Made by a program: the position numbers and the translations under genes. Under the pieces are notes generated by a model. The model saw only the letters and a program-made list of their open reading frames with translations, had not been told where the DNA came from and ran no database searches. This document shows, in pieces, positions 55,782 through 63,698 of a stretch of 64,000 nucleotides of DNA (positions are counted from its first letter, which is position 1; each line of letters begins with the position of its first letter). The stretch is from contig DVKK01000021.1 of NCBI GenBank assembly GCA_018716085.1, positions 31,831-95,830 of the forward strand. Direction: 5' to 3'. Origin of the DNA: Candidatus Ornithoclostridium excrementipullorum (GTDB lineage: Bacteria; Bacillota; Clostridia; Christensenellales; UBA3700).

Positions 55782-56831
55782 CTATTCCGAATATTTGGCT
55801 TTAAGCGCCTCCAATAATTCTTCGGATTCGTTTTTGGAAAGATACGGAGACTTTACGGTACTTGCCCACCAAAAATCTTTTTTCAGAATACCTTTTATTT
55901 CTTTCGGCGAGAGATATCTTATATCGCTTTCTTTTTCAATGGAAGGAGTCAACAAATCAACTTTCAAATACCGTTCCTTTTTTTCTTTGATATCGACGAT
56001 TTGTTTGGACGCGATCCTCCCCGCTCCGACGATCCCCCATCCGGCATGATAGAAGAACGCGTAGTCATTCTTGTTAAAACGCTTTATGAATCTGCGCGCC
56101 GCTCCGTATGCGCTTACTTTTTTATTCTTTATCATATCCCATAACGCATCCGGATTATTGTTCCTGTCGGTATCGAACATAATGCCCTTCCTGTTTTGCG
56201 GGTTCAAATGATAATCGTACGGCTTGGCAAAAAATTCAAAATATATCTCCCCGTGAATAGTATAAAATCTGTACGGAAGAAAATCGATATCTATGCCCTT
56301 TCCTTTCCAAAACTCGATATTATTTATCAAAGCGTCATCCGAAGAATTCCCGACGACGACCAACTTTTGTCTTCTATTGAACTGCCATTCCTGCAACTCT
56401 TCTTCCAACTGAAAAAATTCCCGATGCTCCGTCTTCAATTCTCCTTTGCAATTTTTATGGATCTCATCTTGCCATGATCCTTTTTTGCTTTCACGATATT
56501 TCAGATAGATATCGTTTAACTCGCGATAGTTCTTTTGTCCGTAGATCTGCAAATATTTCATTATCTGCATTGTCGCGTCCTCTTTGGAAACGCACCTTTT
56601 CAATTCAAAAATAACAAGGTCGCCGTTCCTGTTCAACGCTCCCATATCGCATTCTTCTTGGTAGGGTCTCTCCTGTAATATAGGCATCAGAAGATTGTCT
56701 TCGGCATACATCTTCCATAAATTTTGCGCGCACAGATCCTCAAGATCCTTTTCTCTCCCGTCGAGATGCGTAATATCGCAAAATCCCAACTCTTCTAAAT
56801 TTTTATTCGTTTGATTATACTTATACAACAT
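55782..56831 (-). CDS. PD-(D/E)xK (NucS/DUF91-like) nuclease fused to an EVE/PUA-like C-terminal domain; candidate type IV (modification-dependent) restriction enzyme
   Basis: 349 aa in low-GC DNA. The N-terminus EKDLEDL...ECDMGALNRNGDLVIFELKR has a D...ExK pattern. The C-terminus FIKRFNKNDYAFFYHAGWGIVGAGRIAS resembles the EVE core. Confidence 0.5.
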   Translation of the reverse strand: MLYKYNQTNKNLEELGFCDITHLDGREKDLEDLCAQNLWKMYAEDNLLMPILQERPYQEECDMGALNRNGDLVIFELKRCVSKEDATMQIMKYLQIYGQKNYRELNDIYLKYRESKKGSWQDEIHKNCKGELKTEHREFFQLEEELQEWQFNRRQKLVVVGNSSDDALINNIEFWKGKGIDIDFLPYRFYTIHGEIYFEFFAKPYDYHLNPQNRKGIMFDTDRNNNPDALWDMIKNKKVSAYGAARRFIKRFNKNDYAFFYHAGWGIVGAGRIASKQIVDIKEKKERYLKVDLLTPSIEKESDIRYLSPKEIKGILKKDFWWASTVKSPYLSKNESEELLEALKAKYSE

Positions 56832-57037
56832 ACTTTTCCCCGGAAATAATATAAATCCATCCTTCTTTGTGACGGTCAGAATTTGCGCGTCCCGAATATG
56901 CCGATCTTATTTTTATAAAAACCGTTACCGCGTAACATGCTCCTTATGCTGCGGAATGAATGACCGCTCATCTCTCTGCATAATCGAAGAACTTCGGCAT
57001 TTTTATACCGTTGCACTTCATAACGCCTTATGCCGCT

Positions 57038-57262
57038 TTACGTATTGAAAATGAACACCGCATTTTCCCCTTTCAGATACTCGTTCCAATATCCGTTTTT
57101 CAAATTCGTCCGCACAAACTCTTCCCACGTATCGGCAAGATCGATCCCGAAAGAAACGCAGTAATTTTCGCCGTCTTTTTTAATTTCAAAACCGTCACGT
57201 TCGAGCAGCAAAACGTTTTCATCAAAACCCATCGCATAAGAATAACACGTCTGTCCTTTCAC
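57038..57262 (-). CDS. hypothetical 74-aa protein
   Basis: ORF only. No recognisable motif. It may be a gene fragment. Confidence 0.3.
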   Translation of the reverse strand: MKGQTCYSYAMGFDENVLLLERDGFEIKKDGENYCVSFGIDLADTWEEFVRTNLKNGYWNEYLKGENAVFIFNT

Positions 57263-57428
57263 AATGTTACGCCTCCTATTCTAATGCTATCATAGTTTTA
57301 CAATTTTTTCAACCCTCGGCTTTATACTGCGGTCATCGCAACGAAGCGTATTCCCGTATTAAAAAGGTATACGATCCGATCTTTCGGCGTCAGCAAACAG
57401 AATAATGATCGCTTTTCCCCGAGATGAA

Positions 57429-57959
57429 CTATTTATTCCGCCTGAGCCTTTCCGTCATGATTTTCAGGTTCGCCTCGTTCTGCTCATCCGATATGGTCGG
57501 GTCTTTGGTAAACTTTGCGCAAGGAAGTTTTTCGCACGACCCGCAGTTCTCATGCTTTTTGTCGTTCACGCAGCAATCATAGACGGGACATACTTCTGCG
57601 CCGATATATTGCAGCCAGTACACTTCGCCTTTTATTTTGCGGCACCCCGCGCATTGCGACGGATATAGTCCGCATTCGGCGCAAACGGCCCCGCAGGGTG
57701 AAGGCTGCACAAATTCGTCTTTCCAATACCACCATTTGCATTTTTGCGGATCGGGGGCGGGCGAATTTACGAAATATTCGACGGCGCGGTAAAGGTACAG
57801 CTGACATCTGTCGATCGTACACCCGCGGAGCGCGCACTCTTCGGCGTACAGCTGCTCTCCCGTTTTGCCTTTCAACGATCCGATCGTGGTATACCCCATC
57901 GCGAACAGAGCTTGCTCCGTCCGCCTTCCCACGTTCGGGATCTTTTTAAGTTCGCTCAT
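57429..57959 (-). CDS. HhH (Cdd1 'pathogenicity locus'-like) plus Cys-rich DUF3795-like protein
   Basis: 176 aa. The N-terminus LKKIPNVGRRTEQALFAMGYTTIGSL is a helix-hairpin-helix. The C-terminal half has more than 12 Cys in CxxC-type spacing. Confidence 0.5.
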   Translation of the reverse strand: MSELKKIPNVGRRTEQALFAMGYTTIGSLKGKTGEQLYAEECALRGCTIDRCQLYLYRAVEYFVNSPAPDPQKCKWWYWKDEFVQPSPCGAVCAECGLYPSQCAGCRKIKGEVYWLQYIGAEVCPVYDCCVNDKKHENCGSCEKLPCAKFTKDPTISDEQNEANLKIMTERLRRNK

Positions 57960-58149
57960 AACGCACCTATTCCGCCGAATCCCTGATCAAGTCTTGCAAA
58001 TTGACGCGACAACGATAATTATGTAATATTAAAATTATTGACATCCTTGAAACATTTTCCCTATACAACCACTAAAAAGTAATGCAATAACCTTAGCCCC
58101 ATACTATTACTTCTATATTCAAAACAAGTAAATTTCCCATTCCCTTAAA

Positions 58150-58794
58150 TTATTTTGCCACATCGGTATGGCTTATAGTTATTCGCAAATCATTATACTC
58201 GTGCAGAAGATCGCTATAGCTTTTTTTCAAAGCATTTAGTAATATTTTTGTATAAATTCCAACAGTAAAACAACTTATAACCGATATCAATCCAAGTATA
58301 ATAGATATTAAGGCCGAAACAGAAGTTAACACTATACTAACAATATGTATGGCCGAATCATTATCATTTGAAATTATTGTAAATGCTATATTAGTTGCTA
58401 TATAAAAAATAAATAATATACTAAATATAATTTTAATAATTAATAATTTATCTGTAAAGTTGAGCTTATGACGCAAATCTAAATATTTATCATCTATTGA
58501 AGATGATTTACTAGCTTTTTCAAGTCGTTCAATACTATTCACACAATTCTTTATAAATATATCACTGACGTATGTAGCAATTAAGCATACGATAATTGAT
58601 ACCACATTTATTATCATCTCTATTATCGATATAATTATATATCCATCAAAACCAGCATTGCAACAAGAGATGATATAAAATACGGACACTACAAAATACA
58701 ATAAAATTGCGGCTACGGAAATAATAATAGTCCCAACTAAATTTTTCCTACTTGGCAAGATTTGTATTTCATCTATCTTAGTAAATAAACTCAC
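58150..58794 (-). CDS. four-TM membrane protein of unknown function (214 aa), translationally coupled to the upstream gene
   Basis: GTG start overlaps the upstream stop (GTGA at 58791..58794). By eye there are two hydrophobic hairpins, a charged helix between them and a C-terminal charged helix. The DNA is extremely AT-rich. Confidence 0.6.
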   Translation of the reverse strand: MSLFTKIDEIQILPSRKNLVGTIIISVAAILLYFVVSVFYIISCCNAGFDGYIIISIIEMIINVVSIIVCLIATYVSDIFIKNCVNSIERLEKASKSSSIDDKYLDLRHKLNFTDKLLIIKIIFSILFIFYIATNIAFTIISNDNDSAIHIVSIVLTSVSALISIILGLISVISCFTVGIYTKILLNALKKSYSDLLHEYNDLRITISHTDVAK

Positions 58795-59495
58795 TCTTTA
58801 CTCTCTTCTGATATGTTCCACAAATCACAAGTATATGATACGTAAGGATGTAATGTATATGCCTCTAAAAAATGTTCAATGATCTTTGGAGAAATATCTC
58901 TATACATAAGATGATACAACAGTTTCTCATATATTGTATCCAACATTTCTTGAAAATCTTCGAAATAAAAGTTACCATTTGATTTAATTTTTTTACATCT
59001 TTTTTGATTACATAAAGGCTTTTTTGATTCAACAACAAAAATATACCTCAGTAAGAACTTAGCAGCAGCAACCTCATTTAGATGTTTAATCTCTACAATT
59101 TTTATTTTTTTCAAATCGTCATTGTCAATCAAAGGCATTTTTAAAGATTTTATATCTAAATTCATTTCAGCTCTAAACGCTATAGGCTTATGACGAATAA
59201 ACCAATATCCTAAATATGCAGCAATCTTAAAAGGATTTGGGTGTCTTACAATGTTATGTTCACTCGATACAATAGTCTTCAATCCTATCATTGCATCATA
59301 TACAACTTCTTGCAATAAAACAGTATTGATTTCGTAATCTATGCCCACAACACCTCCTACCTCATTATGTAAAGTCTCTATTGTCGCACAAGCAAAATCA
59401 GAAAGCATATTATACCAAGATTTAAACCGATCATCTGTAAAAAAATCATTATCGAGAACTGGCAACTCATCTACAAAAATAGATTTCCTTTGCAT
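58791..59495 (-). CDS. soluble protein of unknown function (234 aa)
   Basis: Uninterrupted ORF in very AT-rich DNA, where stop codons are frequent by chance. I found no Walker A, HExxH, HTH or other motif. Confidence 0.6.
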   Translation of the reverse strand: MQRKSIFVDELPVLDNDFFTDDRFKSWYNMLSDFACATIETLHNEVGGVVGIDYEINTVLLQEVVYDAMIGLKTIVSSEHNIVRHPNPFKIAAYLGYWFIRHKPIAFRAEMNLDIKSLKMPLIDNDDLKKIKIVEIKHLNEVAAAKFLLRYIFVVESKKPLCNQKRCKKIKSNGNFYFEDFQEMLDTIYEKLLYHLMYRDISPKIIEHFLEAYTLHPYVSYTCDLWNISEESKE

Positions 59496-59518
59496 ATATA
59501 TTTTAATCCCCGCAAAAA

Positions 59519-59698
59519 TTATTTCCTATGTTTATTTCTTAAACTTGAAAGAGTTCTTACACTTTTTCTACATTCTTCTTGCGTTATTTTAACTTCTTGA
59601 TAGTTGTTACTCTGAACCATTGTGATACATGTTTCAGATACTTTATCTTCGGGCTTTAAGTGTATTCTATTCGATTTTGTTTTTTTTAATGCAATCAT
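59519..59698 (-). CDS. possible 59-aa basic protein
   Basis: My translation gives MIALKKTKSNRIHLKPEDKVSETCITMVQSNNYQEVKITQEECRKSVRTLSSLRNKHRK. It ends 23 nt before the 234-aa gene. It falls just below the 60-aa minimum seen in the provided ORF track. Confidence 0.35.
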   Translation of the reverse strand: MIALKKTKSNRIHLKPEDKVSETCITMVQSNNYQEVKITQEECRKSVRTLSSLRNKHRK

Positions 59699-60136
59699 AA
59701 TGTTATCCCTTTATTTTTGTTTTTCAATTTTGTTTGTCATTTCTTTCCAGATTTTCATTCTCAATTTGCCTAATGTCTTAATGATCATAACAGCAATACC
59801 ACCTCCCTTATAAATCATAAAGCGATTTTAGGGCTTGATAAAATTGTTTCGATATAGCCTAACAATTCATTATATGTTTCTTTTTTATTGCTTGTTCGGA
59901 TTCGTTATACTTATTGATTTTTTCTTAACATCATAAGAAAAATCAAATATTATATCGAATTCCAACATCCATTAAGTCCTCCATTTTATTTTATGTATAA
60001 TAATTGTACTATATTATAAACATAAAATCAATCAATAATAGATAAATATATTAGAATAATGCAAATTATACAAAATTTTTCAATCATTGCGACAATATTA
60101 TCTACAACATCTCAATTTCACTTTGATAGCATCGAT

Positions 60137-60250
60137 TTATGCATAAGGATGAGCGCCAGAGTGTTTTTGCTCTTCCTCTGCATTTAAGGCGTAATATATC
60201 ATCAAGCCTAAATAGATTAATTCCTCTTTCGGTTTACGGTTTCTACTCAT
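60137..60250 (-). CDS. possible 37-aa peptide or gene remnant
   Basis: GAGGAG lies 8 nt upstream of ATG 60250. Translation: MSRNRKPKEELIYLGLMIYYALNAEEEQKHSGAHPYA. Confidence 0.3.
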   Translation of the reverse strand: MSRNRKPKEELIYLGLMIYYALNAEEEQKHSGAHPYA

Positions 60251-60367
60251 CAATAATTCTCCTCAAAGACATCCTTCCCATTTTCTCTCCGAACTCTACC
60301 TTAACTTTAATATGTTCGTCGGATTTTTTGTAGGAAAGAGCTACTAATGTTTCTACGTAGCAGATGC

Positions 60368-61208
60368 CTACAAAAGGTCTTGTTTTCTAATAGCCGGTTT
60401 ACTTACTTCCTCTTTCCATGAGGCTGCGTCTTTACCAATTTGTTTTTTCAGTTCTTCCAATACGGAGACGGCGTCGCTACCGACGGGCAAGTAAAGCGGC
60501 GGGAGTATCTGAATATGTCACTTCATACAATAAATTACCCAGTTTTTCGGGGTTTCCAACCTGATTGCCTTTACTGTTTTCTTTCATAAAATCTGTCTGC
60601 CAACGGCACTTGTCATAATCGGCTATGTGAATATCGCAGTCCGTCTTTATTTTCGCTCCGTCATAAAAACCTATTCTGAACATCCCGGGCGCGACGTTCG
60701 TCACCCTTATCCCGAACAGTGCGAGTTCAAATGCCAGTGAACAGGAAAAACCTGTAACTGCAAACTTTGAAGAATGATACGCGGTAGGCCCTCCGCAATA
60801 TCCCGCCCCGGATGAGATATTGAATATATGTCCAGAGCGTTGCTTACGCATAAACAGCAGCACGGCTCTCGTCACTCTCATTGTGCCGAACAGGTTTACC
60901 TCAAATACTTCTTTGATGCTTTGCTCGCTTGTTTCTTCAAAATTTGTGATCCTGCCATGTCCGGCATTGTTGACTAAAAATTCTATTTTCCCGGATTTTT
61001 CGACAGCAGTTTTTGCGGCTTTGTCGAAAAGGCTTTGGTCTTGTTGCGATACGTCCAATTTTATCGTCAAAGTCTGTCCGTGGCATTACGATTGTTAAGC
61101 TGCCGTTCCGCGTTGCCGCTGCCACACATCTCCGTGTTTCAACGCAGCGTTTACGATTGCTGAACCGATACCGCCGCTCGCTGCCGTTACAAACCACACC
61201 TTTTCCAT
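60368..61208 (-). pseudogene. frameshifted short-chain dehydrogenase/reductase (SDR)
   Basis: The N-terminus MEKVWFVTAASGGIGSAIVNAALKHGD (from ATG 61208, AAGGAG RBS), the core ...NNAG...SSGAGY...YHSSK (ORF 60477..61070) and the C-terminal PPLYLPVGSDAV... segment lie in different frames. At least two, probably three, frame changes. Confidence 0.75.
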
Positions 61209-61264
61209 ATATTTTCTCCTTAATGCAATTAAATCTTTTTGAATCACCTTCTCCTGACCGCCGT

Positions 61265-62638
61265 CTACTTTCTTTCGAGACAAATTAGAGTTTCGACGTG
61301 TTTTGTCTGCGGAAACATATCGTACGGGGTGACGGACGCAACGTCGTACTTGCCGACCATGGCGGAGATATCGCGCGCGAGGGTCGCGGGATTGCAGGAC
61401 ACGTAGATCACCTTATCGGGCGCGGATTCGAGCAGAGCGTCGATAACGCGACGGTCGCACCCTTTGCGAGGCGGATCGAGTATCACGACGGACGGGGCAT
61501 TCCTTGCCGCCGTATCGGCGACTAATCCGGGCAGGGCGTCGGCGCAGTCCGCGCAGATGTTGACGACTTTGCCCGTATTGCCGTTAAGCGCGGTAAGCGC
61601 GTCGGCGTCGGCGACCGCCTGCGGTACTATCTCTATCCCCGTGACGGAGCGCGCGCTCGGCGCGATCGCGTTGGTGAGTATTCCGGTGCCGCTGTAAGCG
61701 TCGATAACTTCCGCGCCGGGAGTTTTGCCGACCTCGTCGGCGACGGCGGAATAAATAAGGTCGCGTACGCCGTCGTTTATCTGCAAAAACGAAAGAGGTC
61801 CCGCCTCCGCCTTGATCCCCAGAACTTCGAAACGAAGTTTTTCTTCCCCGCAGAGCAACGTCAGCGGGCCTTGCATTATCACGTTGGTCGGAGCGGTATT
61901 GGCGCAGAAGTACAGCGAAAACCTTATCCCGAGGTCGCGGTAAGCCGCGATGAGCTTTTTAAATGCGGGCAAAGCCGAACCGTTACCGACGACGACGATA
62001 CAGTACGCTCCGCCCGCTCTGCGCGCGACGAAATGCCGCAGGAACCCTTTCCTCGTTTTTTCGTCGTAGCACGACAGCCCGCTCTCTTCGGCAAAACTGA
62101 GAAACACGTCCAGAAGTCTCTGCATATCGCGCCCGTACATGGCGCACCCCGAGCCCGCGCCGCTCGGGTCGGAGAACGGCACGATCCTGTGCGTACCTTC
62201 CGCGAAATATCCCGCCGCGGGCTTGCCGTCCGCGCCGTATCCTATCGGCACCTGTATCTTATTGCGGTAACCGAATACGGACGGCGACGGCACTGTGGGC
62301 TTTACGTCTATATCGGCGCCGCAAGCCTTGCGAAGGCACGAACGTACGTTGGCGCGTTTCGCCTCGAGTTGCGACGGGTAATCCATATGTTGCAGATCGC
62401 AGCTCCCGCACTTGAAAAATATCGGACAGACGGGTCTTACCCTGTGCGGCGACGGAGATATCAATTTGATCACGCCCGCTCTCGCAAATCGGCTTCTGAC
62501 CTCTTTGACCATTACGCGCACGCGTTCTCCCGTCAATGTATGAGGCACGAAGACGACCATGCCGTCGCAGCGCGCGACGCCCTCGCCTTCCATACCTTCG
62601 GATACTATTTCGAGTTCGAGAATATCTCCTTTCTTCAC
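61265..62638 (-). CDS. rlmD: 23S rRNA (uracil-5-)-methyltransferase RlmD/RumA family
   Basis: 457 aa. TRAM domain (GDILELEIVSEGMEGEGVAR), the 4Fe-4S Cys set CPIFFKCGSC plus a fourth Cys, a SAM-binding fold, and C-terminal YVSCNPATLARD. GTG start. Confidence 0.88.
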   Translation of the reverse strand: MKKGDILELEIVSEGMEGEGVARCDGMVVFVPHTLTGERVRVMVKEVRSRFARAGVIKLISPSPHRVRPVCPIFFKCGSCDLQHMDYPSQLEAKRANVRSCLRKACGADIDVKPTVPSPSVFGYRNKIQVPIGYGADGKPAAGYFAEGTHRIVPFSDPSGAGSGCAMYGRDMQRLLDVFLSFAEESGLSCYDEKTRKGFLRHFVARRAGGAYCIVVVGNGSALPAFKKLIAAYRDLGIRFSLYFCANTAPTNVIMQGPLTLLCGEEKLRFEVLGIKAEAGPLSFLQINDGVRDLIYSAVADEVGKTPGAEVIDAYSGTGILTNAIAPSARSVTGIEIVPQAVADADALTALNGNTGKVVNICADCADALPGLVADTAARNAPSVVILDPPRKGCDRRVIDALLESAPDKVIYVSCNPATLARDISAMVGKYDVASVTPYDMFPQTKHVETLICLERK

Positions 62639-62803
62639 ACGGACATTATATCACACATCGCGGCGCAAGTACAGCGGCGGCGGATATCTTGCGGCTGCCG
62701 CCTTGCGGAATACGACTTTTCGCTTTGTCTTCGCGGAACGAAAAAATTTACCTCTCCGCGCATAATCCGCAAAAAGCCGCTCACAATACTATCGGAGGCG
62801 AAA

Positions 62804-62947
62804 ATGGACAAGAAGAAAAAAGATGCGGCCCGAAGGCGGGCGCGAAAACTCGATGAAGCCAATCTCGCAATGAGTCTGAAAGACGAAAACAACGGAATCT
62901 ATCATTTCGAGAACGAATTGGCGGAATGGATCGAGGAAAAGCATTGA
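62804..62947 (+). CDS. possible 47-aa charged protein
   Basis: GGAGG lies 5 nt upstream of the ATG. MDKKKKDAARRRARKLDEANLAMSLKDENNGIYHFENELAEWIEEKH. Followed by a terminator. Confidence 0.45.
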   Translation: MDKKKKDAARRRARKLDEANLAMSLKDENNGIYHFENELAEWIEEKH

Positions 62948-62973
62948 ACGTTTTGTTCTTTGCCTCAAAAAAT

Positions 62974-62999
62974 GCAGGACGCAAGTCCTGTATTTTTTA
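62974..62999. terminator. bidirectional intrinsic terminator
   Basis: GCAGGAC-GCAA-GTCCTG(T) flanked by an A6 run on the 5' side and a T6 run on the 3' side. Confidence 0.7.
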
Positions 63000-63153
63000 T
63001 TTCGACGGCATTTCGCCGCTCCGTACGACCGCCCCCTATAAAAACTTGCGCACCGCATCGATATCGTTTTCGGGATATCGGAACAGCTTTTTCGAAAATA
63101 CGATCGGCGTATCTCTCCCGTACCGAAACCGCGGGGCACCGCTCTTTCCCGTC

Positions 63154-63501
63154 TTATGACGATCGCCCGATAAAGTCATTTATCGGCAACTCTCTTTCGG
63201 AAATCTCGCAGCGCTCTTGCTCCCGACATATCTTTCCGACCGCTTTCGCGTCGGTATCTTCGCCGAATATCTTGCGCCGGAAGTAGTCTACGATCTGTTT
63301 GAGCGTAAGATCCTCTATCCCGAGATCGCGAGCGGTCTTATCTTCGTATTCCTCGCCGAGGAACCCGAATATCCCCGCTTCGTCGGCCTTGCCGAGTTTT
63401 TCGAGCGTAAGCGAAGAATAACTCCATATCACGGCGACGACGATCACGACCGCGACTATCGCGAACTTTGTAAAGCATCCTCCGAAGCAGCCTCTTCTCA
63501 T
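63154..63501 (-). CDS. small N-terminally membrane-anchored hypothetical protein (115 aa)
   Basis: MRRGCFGGCFTKFAIVAVVIVVAVIWSY is a TM anchor followed by an acidic soluble tail. Confidence 0.5.
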   Translation of the reverse strand: MRRGCFGGCFTKFAIVAVVIVVAVIWSYSSLTLEKLGKADEAGIFGFLGEEYEDKTARDLGIEDLTLKQIVDYFRRKIFGEDTDAKAVGKICREQERCEISERELPINDFIGRSS

Positions 63502-63650
63502 ACGCGAAGATTATTGCCAAAGCCGAAAAAGCAAATACGTCCGCCGCCGCATACGCCGTGCCGCGATCATTAAAAAGCGCGTTTAACGAACACGGGCAGA
63601 AAAAACATATATGGCGCCCGATAGCCCGTTTTGACGGAGTTCCCGCAGGC

Positions 63651-63682
63651 AAAACAAAAACGCGCGCCGAAAAGGCGCGCGT
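63651..63682 (-). terminator. intrinsic terminator after the LRR protein gene
   Basis: Minus strand reads CGCGCGCC-TTTTC-GGCGCGCG followed by TTTTTGTTTTG. Confidence 0.75.
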
Positions 63683-63698
63683 CCGTCACGGATATCGC

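Noticed and set aside
59622-59813. 63-aa plus-strand hydrophobic ORF, and the 64-aa ORF at 60139..60333
   Set aside because: Phe/Ile/Leu-rich translations are expected from T-rich antisense strands. They have no RBS and overlap better-supported minus-strand micro-ORFs.
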